Assembly (NCBI GenBank): GCA_965649825.1
Contig: OZ287708.1
Span: forward strand, 453,411-517,410
Direction of reading: 5' to 3'
DNA: 64,000 nt
DNA from: Penicillus capitatus
Taxonomy: Eukaryota; Plantae; Chlorophyta
The stretch's first letter is position 1. Each line of letters opens with the position of its first letter. A model generated the notes under the pieces. It was not told the origin of the DNA. It ran no database searches and worked only from the letters and a program-made list of their open reading frames with translations. Positions 12,824-25,903 of this stretch are shown here, piece by piece. Both the position numbers and the translations under genes were made by a program.

Positions 12824-14009
12824 ATGGGTGATATTTCAGAGTTGTCTCAGTTATCGAACGAACTCAACACTAAGCTCGCCAGCAGTTTCGAAAAACTAAT
12901 GCAAGACAGACAACGTCTTCAAGAAGAGCGTGCCGAATTCGAGGCGGAGAAGGAACTGATGCGATGCCTCACTGCGCAACCCAGCGACGTGATAAAAATC
13001 AATGCGCGAGGAACTATCTTCGAGACGAGACGCTCCACCCTTTGTCAAGTACCTCCACCAATACATACCCATCTTCATCTCTAAGCCCTATGGTTGTCAG
13101 GTGGATGGTTGTTTACTGCAATACATGTTCAGTGGAAGATGGGAAGACCGGTTGGAGCGCGATTCCGAGGGACGCGTGTTTCTCGACTACAATCCCTATT
13201 GCTTTGGCAAGATCTTGGATTATCTCTGGGCTATGCAGGTATGATAGAGACAGGCAGAGATCATGAGAGAGGGGAGAATGCAATGAGTGTGTGGATGGTG
13301 TGTGTAGTTATCAAGCGATGAATGTCCAGCGCCTCTTCCTGAGATTCGCCCAGACGATCTATCGACGTTCCGTTTGCTGGTGCGTTACTTGGGACTGGAG
13401 GAATTGATCTGTCCAGAACTCAAGAGGTTTAGCGAGGAGTTAAAGACGGGAGAGATCGGAATTGGCAGTGCTGGACAATTAGCAGTACAGAAAGCGGGAA
13501 AGGATGCCTATCAGAGCGTTTTTGGCCAAGGGGTCTTCGTGAATGAAGTTGTCGAATTTACACTCAAAATCGAGCATCTAAGGAATTCTTACAAGTGGTT
13601 AATGTTTGGGGTCATTCCCCATGATCATCCAGCAACGAGAAACAGTCATGAAAAGTGTGATGCGACGATGACATGAGAAGAATGTGTGAGAATGCGGTTG
13701 GGGTGTTGTAGGTCGGGCAGCTATGGATGGTCGACTAATGGGAATACTTGGATTGCAGGCAAGAGTACAAGGAGCTACAAGAATTTCAAATCTGGTATCC
13801 TCAGTGAAGGCACAGAGGTCGTCATGACTCTGGATTGTCGTCAACGGTACAATACCCTGACCCTGCAAGTCATGGGCACCATGCACAAATACCAGTTGTC
13901 TGACCTGCCACGAAACCAATGGCGACTTCAAGTGGTGCTCTATGGTAATAACGATGAAATAAGAATTGAGAACATCAAGAAGATCCCAGGAACACAGATC
14001 ATCAGATGA
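12824..14009 (+). CDS. Coiled-coil + BTB/POZ (KCTD-type) protein with a C-terminal beta-sandwich (SPRY-like), 3 introns
   Basis: VIKINARGTIFETRRSTLCQV-DGCLLQYMFSGRWE...GRVFLDYNPYCFGKILDYL is a KCTD-type BTB. WLMFGVIP, SYGWSTNG and VVMTLDC are SPRY-like. Confidence 0.8.
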
Positions 14010-15394
14010 ACAGCGGAGGCAAGCCAATAAGGAAGCGTTCTCGTCATTCTTTGCTCTTTAGAGAGGTCATCAGCTTGGGTTGGGTGAAGAACAAAAGGTT
14101 ATGGGAGTATGTCTTGTGTGAAACGTATGAGAGGTACAAGCAGGGTCCCTCATACCCATTCTAACAACACCGTCATCGCACATCTTTCTCTCTTTCTGTT
14201 GTCGTTCGTTTGGTTCAGATTCTTTCTCTGTGACGTGAATCGCACTAGACATTTAGAGTAAGTGGGATAACGACACCCAAGTGCTGCTTTGTAACGGTGC
14301 GTGTGCGATTGTGTGATGTGGTGATGTATTGGTGTGTGACGTATGCAGCAGCCATCTCTCGATCGACCATCGAAACGTCTTTTGTATTTTATTCAGTCTT
14401 TTGGATCGATGCGTGTCTCTAAGAGGAGGACATTAAGATCAAGCGAGGGGAAATTTCGTAACATGAATCCCTCTTTTGTTCATGCATGCCTCAAAGCGTC
14501 CAGTAGATAGTCCGTCTGTCCGTAATAAACATGCGAACGGAGATGTTCCTGCTTAACCAATCTAAAAGATCCTCCCATTTCGTGACGGGGGTTTTTGTTT
14601 CGCTCTGTTTTGGCTGTCTGGGCTCCCCTTTCGTTCGATTCCCATTTAAGCTGCTACCTTCAGAAAAGAAAAACAATGCATGTAAGTACTATTGATTGAT
14701 AGACAACAAAAATGGCAGGCTTCTCTGTTCTCATCATTACTCTCATATGCTATCGTGCTCTAATGCATTAAAATGTGTTCAATCCGTGGGAGGATCTTGA
14801 ATTTGTCGATGTTTGTTTGCATGCATCCGATGACCAACGACGAGACATCTGCCGATTCGACGCGACGTTCGTATGACGGATAGATAACCTCTGCGGCGGC
14901 AGGATGGACTATATTAAACTTACTAACAGTGATCTGTCGCAGGCAGCATTGAATGAGGATGCCACGCTGTCACATCATTCGCTGCTAGACAGATCAGTCC
15001 TGCATATACATCACGACGTCGATCGACATCATCATCAGGAATGCATCAAATGCTATTCGAGTCCATGCATAGAGCATCGACATATTGCTCGTTTTCGTCT
15101 GAGTCAAGTCCACCCAAGTCTTCAACCAAACAAGATGAGAGTATCTGTCCATCGTTCTGTCAAAGAATGCAAAACAAAAGCAGACAGAGCAAGGAAGATG
15201 GGTATTGAGCGGAGGGCAAAAAAGCCAACTTCCAGATATTATGTACCATCCTGCCTGCTTAGTCTTGTCACAATTCTTGGTCCTTTCCCGCATATGTGTC
15301 GTCAGAATGAAATCGAGAAGCCCAATGCATCATCGTCTAGAAGAAGTTGTTCGCGAAGTGCCTGGTGCGATCTTGAAGAGAATCGTCGTCTTTT

Positions 15395-16671
15395 CTATTC
15401 CTTTGCATCAATGACTCCGGCACTGTCGATTCCAAATGTGGCTTCCGCTTCAGGCAGTGAAGGAGATGCGATGATCTTTGCTATGCGTGTCTCTCCACGT
15501 CCCTTTTTCACCCACAGACGTGTCGTTGTTGCATGAGCCATGATGTTGCCACCGATGGGCTTAATCGTCGGTCCAGCAAACATGGAACCTCCATCCAGAT
15601 TTGCAGCCACAACCTACATACACACGTTTCGATACCCAGCTTGAATACATCTGTCATTTGCCTGGTTTGTTAAGACGACAGCCACACCAAATTCCGTTGC
15701 CAGTTTCTGCAATGCACGCAAAAACCGGCAGAGATGCACTTGACGTGCCGAGAGCTCTCCACGTCCGTTGAATTCAGCACGGTAGAGAGATGTGGCACTA
15801 TCCACAATGAGTAAAGCAAACCGACTGCCAGCCATAACGGCACCTGCTTCAACGAGCAGCTGCGACTGATGATCTGTATTGTGCGCCTTGGCGTACGCAA
15901 CATTCTCTAATACATCGCTCTCGTCCAAACCAAATCGATCGGCAATCTCTACAATGCGCTCAGGGCGAAAAGTCCCTTCTGTGTCGATATACAGCACGCG
16001 GCCTTCTCCGCCACCCGATTCTGTCGGAAGCTGCAGCATCACGCAGGAAAGGGGATCGGTCGCGCACTGAATGGAGAGGTGCGTACTTGAGTGGTGACGC
16101 ATAGCGTGTGACAGAGCTGCGTCTTCCCGCAACGATACTCGCCATAGATCTCTGTCAGCGATCCCGTTTCGATCCCGCCTCCAAGAATGTTATCCAGATC
16201 GCGACAGCCTGTCGTGATACGGATGATCTCTTTTCGCTGCAATAGAATCATGGAGGCGCTGGTGAAGCCCATCGGGATCAGCTTAAACGCTGCAACACAA
16301 GCGCGTTTCTTATACCTGACGGACCTCAGCCGCAAATGCACCTTCTTTCTGCAGCTTGTCGATCTTCACTTCGCTCAGACCGCGAATATTGAGGAGCTCC
16401 TTTTTCGAAGAGTATGCCAACGCTTCCATCGTATGGATACCGCCATCCGTGAGTTTCTTGATATCGCCGGCCGAGATGCCGACTTTCTGCGAACAGACGT
16501 CGATATCCCTGGCGAATGTGTGCGGCGGCGCCGTCGATGTTGCCTTACTTGCAAATCTTGAATGCTGGTGAACTGCTCGTCGGACGTCGCCTGTGTCGCC
16601 TGGCCGGTTTGTTCCGCTGCCACCGAAGGCGCCGCTTGACTCACTAAAGATCGCTGCTGTTGCTGCGACAT
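15395..16671 (-). CDS. RAD51: RAD51 recombinase, 4 introns
   Basis: Walker [54 protein letters not shown]. The GELSARQ and GGNIMAHA segments are RAD51-type rather than DMC1-type. Confidence 0.95.
15614..15661 (-). other. GC-AG intron (48 nt) in RAD51
   Basis: AAC CAG|gcaaat...atgtag|GTT GTG restores the invariant TNQ-VVA. Confidence 0.9.
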
Positions 16672-16807
16672 TCTCGCGATAAGGGACTCTTTGAGCAAGG
16701 GACGACAGATATCCTGCAACACGACGAGAGGTCGAGCGCTCGACGACGACAGAAACCGACAGACAGCAAAGAGCGATGTCGACGTCACATCATTGGCTCT
16801 GTCAAGA

Positions 16808-17714
16808 ATGGAAAGATGGAACACGCATTGGTCGACCGTGGTCGAGCAAGAACTCTTCGGGTACACACGTGCACCATCTGCCAGTCATAAGCACCGATGT
16901 TTTGCACGGCAGCGTGCCTCTGCGTCTTTCCCAAGACCCCGATTCGCATAACCTGGGTACCACTGTTTGGGATGCTTCCATCGTCATGGCCAAGTTCCTA
17001 GAAAAGGCAGCAGAGCACAACCGTCGCTTTTCTTTTCACATCTACAGCTGTTCAGAATGCATCAAGAGGTGTCTTTTGCACCGATAAGGTGAAGAAGGGC
17101 CGGTGTATTGAACTTGGATCCGGTGTTGGACTGGGTGGCATTGCTTTTGTCCTCCTTGGCTGTCGGGACGTTACACTCACAGACAAGCCCGACATCGTGC
17201 CTCTGATTCAAAAAAATGTCAACAACAATATCTCTCAATGCGCGCTTTCAGGTGAGATACCCCCATTACGGCAACATTGCTGAGCAGCTGATCGAGAACG
17301 CAGGAACAAGATTCGAAGGAAATGTGGGTAGGATCAGCGTCCAGCCTTTGGATTGGAGTGCTGAAGAGAAGCTAGCGACAGTAGATCCTCCATACGACTA
17401 CGTCCTTGCAGCGGACTGCGTCTATCACGAGCATCATGTGGATGATCTCTTGGATACCATCCTCAGACTGACAGACGCAAAATCAACAGGTCCATCTCAC
17501 GCTTTCCCCTGTCTCGAAAGCAAAGGCATTTTTGACGGTAGTCCTGATCGTCAATGAGTTACGATCCACCTCGATCGATGCCGAATTTCATACGAAATTT
17601 AGAAGATGTTTTACCTTGAAAAAACTTCCGGCCTCTGCCATGGACATCGACTTCCATCATCCAGATATCCACGTTTTTCTGCTCAGGCAGAGAAAAGATG
17701 GTGGCGGTCAATAA
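16808..17714 (+). CDS. Family-16 (METTL21-like) lysine methyltransferase, 4 introns
   Basis: QDPDSHNLGTTVWDASIVMAKFLEK, CIELGSGVGLGG, LTDK, LDWS, YVLAADCVY. Confidence 0.88.
17007..17055 (+). other. GC-AG intron (49 nt) in the METTL21-like gene
   Basis: GAA AAG|gcagca...gttcag|AAT gives KFLEK-NASRG, matching family spacing. The only GT alternative needs a 25-nt intron. Confidence 0.75.
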
Positions 17715-18380
17715 ACAACAACATGTCATTAAGAATCCATTTTAGATCCGAGCAGCTGAGACTGTTGATTTAGAATCGGAATTTGTCTAACGATTGGCAA
17801 GGGGTCAGTCACTCTCTCCTCATACCATATAACCAATGCCTCTCTTCCAAATGCACAATGCGCCCATTCTTGTGCTCGATTCTAAATCGTTAGGCCAGTG
17901 TGAGCCACAGAAAACATCAACCTCCACGGTCCATTCTTCAGGACTTTGCATTTTCGAAAAGCGAGACGAGAATCCACACACACAGACAAACGAATGAGTT
18001 TCTGCCTCCCAGGCATAAAAAATCTGTCCCTGACATGTCTCGTCATGAAAAATCCACGACGTCAAGAGAAACGGAATAAAATATAATGTGCGAGTGGAAA
18101 TTCACTAATTTAAGCTCTTTATCAACCTTTAGGTCTCACCCAGAGGAAAGAGAAAAGATGTTTTCATTATTCTTCTCGGGAATCGTGCACACACTGGATG
18201 CAGCGACCTGCTGTACGGCTTGAGAACAGCTACCCAAAGGGTGGAAATACAAATGACTGCGAACATTGCGTTAGATAACAGCTTCTGGCTACACGAAGCA
18301 GCATTTGGGAAAAACAGACATGGCTCAGAATCGACAATATTATGGGAGAATTGAATGTGCGTTAGAACGAATGTCAAATT

Positions 18381-20788
18381 TCAAAATTTAACTTTCACAG
18401 TAAACCAAGATCGGTTTTTCTTTTGGTGTTCCTTAACATGTTCGTCAACGATCGTCTTATCCTTCTTCAACTGATCCAATTCGTATTCTAAGGCCGCAAT
18501 ATAACGCTGTTTTTCTTGGAGGTTTTCTTCTAACTGCTCCTTCTCGAACCGCAGCTCAAACGCCTCGATCTACACACACAGCGTCTTATGCGAAAGGCTT
18601 CGGCGAATCGTGTCCTGGTTACCTGCGCTTCGTTCTCTTCTGAGATGTCTTGCTGGATACGATCGAGATCGTCTTGCTTATCTTTGAGTTCGTCTTTTAA
18701 ACTCATGATCTGCATGTCCCGGTCGCCCAAGTCGCGAACCGCGTCTTCTTTTTCGGAGTAGAGACCGACTAACTGCCATTCCAAGAAGTTCACTTGGTGC
18801 TCCAGATTGTCTCCCTGTTGTTCATGCTCCCGCAGATCCTGCTTCAGCTTGCGGACAACTTTATCTGTTTCTTGCTTGACGCGTTGGTACTCTGCGAGCT
18901 GCTTCTCCATGGACTCCATCGTATGTTCCATCCTTTCTTTGTCTTCCTGTAGGTCCTGGAGTTCTCGTTGTGTTTCTTCTCGGATTGAATGGGCTTGATT
19001 CTGCATTTCATCTTGGAAGTGCTTGAGCTGAGATTGCAACTCGAGGGTTTCCTCCTTTAAGGCTGCTTTATCGGATTCGAGCTTTGTGATTTCTTCGGAT
19101 GCTTTGGCATGCGACGACATGCTCTCCGTTTCGGAGACTCGGGCTCCTTTCAGCATCTTGGAGAGCTCGTCTATGCGTGTTTTGGCGGCAAAGAGGTCAC
19201 CCTCTAGTCTTTGAACATAGTCTTCGCGCAATCTCATCTCTGCTTCCTCTTGTCTCTTGTCTTCGGCCTTCAAAGCTTCGATATCACGCGTCAAGAAAGA
19301 AACCCTTGACTGAAGCTGCCCTTTTTCTTCGAGCAGACTATGCAGTTCAGCTTCTTCTTTCAGGCCACCGGCCACTTCTTTGCGCGTTTTATCAATTTCT
19401 TCCTCCAAAGACAGTATGTTATTAAGCACCATGGCACGCTCTTCCTCCAGTCTCGTCGACTGCTGCGTTCTCATATCACATCCTGAGGAGCTGCGCTCAG
19501 TCGCTAGTTGATCAATCTGGCTCTCTAACTCCAACACAAACTTCGCTAATTCCTGATTGTCGCCTTCTAATTGAGTGTTTTGCGTCTGTAAGGTCTCTGC
19601 CAAACTGCTAGCCTCGACTCCTTCGGCTTCCAAGGCCAGCAATTTGCAAGCGAGTTTTGTATTTGTCTTCGCCAATTTCTACCAACAAATCATCATAGAG
19701 GTGAAGCCGGATAGATTCTCATCACACTTTGATTCTTAGTGTCTTCTCAGAGAGTTCTCTTCTCGCCCATTTGAGTTCCATGCCAAGTTGAGATGTTGCT
19801 GCCGATCGACCACTCTCAAGCTCTGTATTCCGCGATACTTCCATTTCCAGCATCTTCTCACATTCCTTCAATCGCATCTTTCCTTCGTCCAAGAGATCAA
19901 GAAGTCCTCGCCGCTCTCGATCGTACTCATCGGCAATCTGCCGGAGATGCCGATTTTGTCGCTCAAGCGCTTCTTTGGCTTCTTCGAGTTCAGAAATTCT
20001 GGAATTGAGTTCAAAGGCGCCCAGCATTCCAGACACGCATGCCTGTGCATCACACAACGGGCCATAAAGTACTGAAGGACTCGGTTGGCAGAACGGTGGA
20101 CCTCATTGAGTGCTCCCTTCGATGTGATGACCTCAGAGAGCTCCCTCTTCATCTCTGTAATTCTGTCACGCAGTCCGACAATCTCTTCTTTCTTTGCTGC
20201 AAGTTCACGCTGAATGAAGTCTCTCTCCGAGATGGTGTCTTGTAGTTGCCGGCGCAGATCGTTTATTTCTCCATGGTGAAAGGATGCCTCGGGTTCGCCC
20301 ATTCGGCTATCGTAGGTACTTGCCGTCGAAAAATTACTAGCAACACTCGCAGAACGCGTGGTAACACGTCTGCCAATAGGATGTCGAGTGGGTTCGGCCT
20401 GACTCGCTGAACTGTTGACAAAGCATACATGACAAATGCTGGTGGTCTTGCTGATGCCTCACTTTCGTCGTGTGTTTAGGAAGGACCTGTTCTGGGCTTT
20501 GTCGGCCTGGGGTTCATCCCGTCCAGTATCGCAATTGGGTCTCGTTTGCGAACGCGACGCCGACTTCGTTCTATCCAGAGCCCTGGCAGCCGTCGAGCCA
20601 TCATAACTCCCTCTTGCGTTTAATGGCGGTGTGTTGAGCCGACCGGTGGCAGACTTGCATCTGCCCTCGACAGAAAGTCTATTATCCGTACTACTGCGAC
20701 GTGAAAGTGCCGTTTTTTCAGAAGGGCCCGATACGATTCCTCTTGACCGATTTCGGTCTTTGGGATCTCTGGGCGCCGAGTCCTTCAT
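18381..20788 (-). CDS. Long coiled-coil protein of unknown function with low-complexity N-terminus, about 4 introns
   Basis: E/K/L/Q-rich heptad ORFs 19868-20302, 19722-20057 and 18530-19675 join through GT-AG introns. The last exon reads IEAFELRFEKEQLEE...VKVKF* (TGA 18381-18383). Confidence 0.7.
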
Positions 20789-21265
20789 TTAACACCGCCA
20801 CTGCGTCAGAATTTTGCAATGAAAAACGAACGGAAGACGCCAATCGCGGGTGAAAAGCAGGACAGGAAATCACTGTACGAACCGTGAGCAGAAGCACCAA
20901 TCACTGGACGCAGGAAAGTAGACTTATGCCAACAGTCACATCATTTGTCATCTCTGAACCCTCTGCACTCTCTGTCTATCACAAAAAACGCCTTTGAGAT
21001 GCAGCGACACACAGATCTCTTCCCTCGGCCGCCTGCCACGGACAGATCAGTATCTTGGACATCTGGCAGCACGATCCGACGAACGGAGTCATGTGTTGAG
21101 AGTATGAAAGCATGAATATGTGGGTAACTGTATTTCGACCACAAGCAGTCATGCATCCTGTTGTACTTTGTCTACGAGAACATCCATTCTGTGCCAATAG
21201 TAGATGCATGGGCGAGTATTCATGTTGGCCGTAGCTTCGCTCTTGGCGACGATTCACTCACTCCA

Positions 21266-24200
21266 ATGCGATCTGTACCTTCGTGCATGTTCCGACCGGC
21301 GATTCTCGCCATTCGCTTCTCTCTTCTCTGGATGCCCTTTGCGTTTTCCGCATGGACGGCGCAGCAGACACGCGACGCCATGAAAACGTGGGCGGCATCG
21401 GACGAACTCGACGATCCGAACGATGAACTCCGTCTTTGGCGAGACCCTCAGGAGACACGAGCCTGTCAATTCGAAGGCGTTGACTGCGAGTATCACTATT
21501 TCGGCCTCTATACGATCCAGTCTATCGATCTCGACAGCCTTAACCTAAAGGGAAGCATTCCGCCTTGGATATGGGAGGTGCCAAAAACCTCGATCAACCT
21601 GAGCAACAATCAATGGTACAATACCACTGTCTTCTACGAAGACACATCTACTGGATGGGAACAAGGGCCATCAGCCCATCTTCTGCAGTCGCTCAGATGC
21701 TCGAACTGTGGGTTCTTTTTGAAGGCGAAGGATGGCGAGACAATCTTGCCTACAGAGTGGTCTCGTTATCACGACCTCACCGTCTTTGATATGTCGAACA
21801 ATCCAAATCTGATAGGACCGCTACCCATGTCATGGAGTACGGCTTGGTCAAAGCTCGAAGTCTTTAACATCATGGACACAGCGTTCTGCCAACCCGCCCC
21901 GATTGTACCGACGTGGGGCGAATTCGTAGAAGTTGGAGAATGTCCAGAGCTGCCGTTGCATCCGCCTTGGGAACCGATACCTCCAGATCCGCCGATCTAC
22001 CCTCCCTATTACGAGGAATTCCAACCGAGTCCGGCTTCGACCACGGAAGATACGTCATCGATGACATTCGTCGTATCGGATGGACCCTCTATGGCACCGT
22101 TTGACGATGTCAATGACGAATACGATTGGCCATCCTCCATTCTTCTAGAAGCTTCTCTGTCAGAATTCCCTTTGGCACTATCAAGTGAAACCATATCTGT
22201 GCAATTGGCCTCGGTGGAAGAGGTGTTCTAAGTCGATCAGGTACTGTGGAGGACGCGTTGCGGGAACCTTCATTGATGGAAGAGGAATTGCTGGACGGAG
22301 AATTTCAACCGCTTCACTCTTTGAGCTCGATCGAAGAGTACAGTTCACCTTCCAATGTTTCTGTCTTGGATACGTGGCCAAACCAACACGATCGATTTAG
22401 CAGGCTCTCCAAGAACCGCCAATAGAGATGGAAGATCCTATAGAGGACAACTACGGCGAATTATCGGAAAGCTGTCCGCCATTGATCGACGAAGAGCTGC
22501 CAAGAAGTAAGAAGTCGTGAAGAGGATGTGTCTCATGTCGTCAAATGCAACGCAGGTTTCGACCTTAGTCCCCAAGCATCTCTAGAAATGTCCAGCAGTA
22601 CTCCAGCAGTGTTTGAAGAATCAGATTGTTCGCTCTTTCCAGTCATTGGTTGGCTGTCAGCACCACAACACACTTCGGCACTCTCGGTGAATGTATCACT
22701 CGTTCTCGGCAATTCTGGAGATCCTCATGTTTGTGAGCTTCATACATGCGTGCTAGATCTATATCCGGAAGGGAGAGTCCAGCGTCATTACAGTGCTGTC
22801 GATGAACGACAGGAGATCTCTTGGATCGTCAGCTCTCTTCAGGAAGGACTGAATCGCGCTACACTGACTGTCGCAGACAGCGAAGATGGGGAGTGCACTT
22901 GGACAACGGCGATCGATTTCTTTGTCGATCACGCAAGTCCTACGTGCGATCCGTGGAAAAGTGAACAGGAAAGCGACACCGTCTATAAAGTCACTTTGAA
23001 GTGCTCAGAAGATATCGTTCTAACACATCCAGAGAAGATCTCCGTTTCCAAGAACGGTCGATTGAGCAGTGCTATCGCCAACAGCAACCTCATTCTCATC
23101 GAGATCCAGGCGATCAGTTTCAGAGATGCACATATCTTCTTGAGAATTCCTGGTGATAGTTATGCAGATCTGGCGGGGAATCTTGGAGAACTTGACGGTT
23201 ATATGAAACTCGCGTTGACATCAATGTTCCTAAACGACAAGATTGTCCAAGTCCTGGAAGACCTTCCTGTCGATGGCATTGTTTCTGGAACGATTGTTGT
23301 TTCGGGAGGACTGACAACGGGGGCAGCAATGCTCGGCACCGCTGAGTCCAGTGGAGGCGTCGGACTGAAGAGCAATATCGTCCGTACAGGGTTCCATATA
23401 CAGTTCCTCACACTGACAGCCCACTTAGCTGTACCGCGTCTGAGTCGGTCCTACATCACAACTGCCGAGAAGTTCAGCTGGACCGCTCTGGCATTTGGAG
23501 GACGAGAAGAGATCGAAGCCGATGATATCCCATCAGGCAATTTCTCAGTCAAAACACAGAAAACGGTTATTAACTGCGGATGGCGACTTTCTAGGGACAG
23601 CAACAAATGACCAGGAGAGACATAGACCTCGAGCATATGCGATGCAGAACGAAGGAGACAGAAACGTGTATCCAGAGCGCGATGCCTTTCTGAATGTGAT
23701 CATTGGATACAGTGCCTACATCGCATTCTGCCTTCTCATGCGATGCACTGCTGAGGTTTTCTTCAGAAGATTGGCATCGAAGAAAGAGAGACCAAGTGTT
23801 CTCACGTTTCCGCGACTGGATGTCCAGGCATTGGCCGCCACGATTCCTCCGCTGACCTTTGCATCGATGCGACTTATATCCGTTGGATCTCCTTCTGCCG
23901 TTCAGCTCGGCTCACTGACGATTCTCTTTCTCGTGACACCCTTCACGATTTGGTTCGTCTGTTTCTTGACGATGCGTGACCTTGTTCTTAAACCGGAGAT
24001 CTACACCATTCCTGATCCCTCGGCATCAAACACCTGTCATCTTAATCCGATATTCGACGAAGGAGAGACGCAAAGTCTTCCCAGTGCATCATCATCTGGC
24101 GATACACTCGCTGGTGCAACGCCTCTCGAAGTGCGAATCATTGAAGATCTGAACCGAGCACTGCCACGTGTGCAGCGACAAGAAGAGATAACAGAAGATG

Positions 24201-24967
24201 ACATGGAGAAACTAGAACAGATCTCATCATCGCCAACAGGCAGCAGTGGATCCCGCCATCCATCTGCAGACCCCCTTCCTGCTCTTCCGATCGCCGAGAC
24301 TCGACCGTGCATAACCGATGGTCCATCTGTCTTACTGTCGAGCACCGAATGCCATTCATCTGCATCTGCATCGAGCGTCAAGATCGAGCAACAGAGATCC
24401 ATCAGCAGCGAAGACACCTCATCCACAGAATGGATGCGCATAGAGGGAGAAGAACATAAAAGGGTTCTCAGTTCAGAAGCATGGCGACTTGAGGAGCGAC
24501 ATCCCGAGAAACACTTCATCAAGAAGTATGGCTTTGTTTTAGACGATGTGACCAGCCTCGATCCCTCTATCGCCCGATCTCGGTTGAAGCCCAAGTATGT
24601 CGTCACGCACGGGGCATTCTTTTTGCACAAAGTCTTTGCAGCTGGTATCTTTGGATGCACTACCAGGTCCTACAACAGCATGGCGCAGGTGTTTCTGCTC
24701 ACTTTGATGCAATTTCTCGTCGTTTCACACTTGATCATCGTCCGTCCGTTCGTGGATCGATCCATCTTCGGTATCGAACTCGCCGTTTCCTCGCTGGAAT
24801 TAGTCATCCTGCTCGGCGCCTCCCTTTTGCTTTGCCATTTCGCCGTACAGATGATCAATTCGCTGATGCTCTTCTGTCTCTATTCGGCTCTGTTTTTGCT
24901 GGCAATATTCGAGTTGCGTCATTCCCTTGTACTGTGTCCCGTAAACAAATGTCGAAAACGCAAATGA
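21266..24967 (+). CDS. Secreted-type multi-pass membrane protein: LRR cap and LRRs, Pro/acidic linker, Ig-like domains, TRP/FLC-like TM region
   Basis: Signal peptide; [36 protein letters not shown] (LRR); VTLKCSEDI...SYADLAGN (Ig-like); [15 protein letters not shown]...FSW followed by about 7 TM helices. Three short introns at about 22180-22550 join the ORFs. Confidence 0.7.
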
Positions 24968-24989
24968 AATGTGTCCATTTTTGCGAAGC

Positions 24990-25742
24990 ATGTCTGATCC
25001 GACGAGCATGACACAAGCGGAGCTGCCCGAGCTTGATGCTTCGTACCTTGAACGCGGTTCAGCGGAGTTGCCACCGAGAGCACTGTTTCATGGGGTTGGA
25101 CTCTCTATGGCGCACGCGCCGCCAGGAGACACGCGCGAACTTCACGACTTTTGGAAGTTGCAAATGGATGCCGTCATGGCTCTGAGCCACGAGGACTTAC
25201 GCAACCACAGCCTCCCGCTTGCGCGTATCAAGAAGATAATGAAGTCAGACGAAGATGTGCGTATGATTAGTGCCGAGGCGCCAGTACTCTTCTCGAAGGC
25301 CTGTGAGATTTTTATACTCGAGTTAACGCGGCGAGCATGGGCGCAGTCTGAAGCAAATAAGCGACGTACATTGCAGAGAAGTGATATCGCGTCTGCCATC
25401 ACCGAAGCAGATGTGTTTGACTTTCTGGTCGACATCGTGCCGCGTGAAGGGTCCGAACGTGGCGGCTTGGTCGATTCTGGAAATGTCGAATCCGACACAC
25501 AGCGACCGACGGCGTTCCTTCCTCCCGCTGTCGTCGGACCCTATGCCTTTCAGAGCTCCCCTGGTATCAATCGACATGCATTGAATCTAGATCCGCAGAT
25601 CATGCCGGCTCTTTACCAGCCTCAATTTCAGCAGTGCCCTCCGACAAATATCCTCTCGCTCAATCCAGCAAACTCGGCGTCCGATTGCGCCTCTGGGACT
25701 GAGTATGGAAAGCCTGGAGACGGGCATGCACACGGAGAGTAG
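24990..25742 (+). CDS. NF-YC: Nuclear factor Y subunit C (histone fold), intronless; upstream in-frame ATG at 24969
   Basis: [41 protein letters not shown]...[11 protein letters not shown]...[11 protein letters not shown]. Confidence 0.95.
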   Translation: MSDPTSMTQAELPELDASYLERGSAELPPRALFHGVGLSMAHAPPGDTRELHDFWKLQMDAVMALSHEDLRNHSLPLARIKKIMKSDEDVRMISAEAPVLFSKACEIFILELTRRAWAQSEANKRRTLQRSDIASAITEADVFDFLVDIVPREGSERGGLVDSGNVESDTQRPTAFLPPAVVGPYAFQSSPGINRHALNLDPQIMPALYQPQFQQCPPTNILSLNPANSASDCASGTEYGKPGDGHAHGE

Positions 25743-25903
25743 ATGGTGTTTCTATGAGACACTGCCATTATTTCTTTTGCACGATGATCTGGTGACATAT
25801 AGCAAGCATACCTAGGGTACTCTGTTTGATGTGGATGGGCATGGATCATTTCTGATGTTTGTCAGCTTTCTGGTGTTATTCTTACATCCAGCGCCCTCAA
25901 TGC

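Noticed and set aside
14633-14643. GTTCGATTCCC, resembling a tRNA T-loop
   Set aside because: The flanks do not form a T-stem and I see no cloverleaf or A-box.
14660-14737. Minus-strand ATGATGA...CTGA, resembling a C/D snoRNA
   Set aside because: No terminal stem, and the would-be guide is T-rich low complexity with no recognisable rRNA complement.
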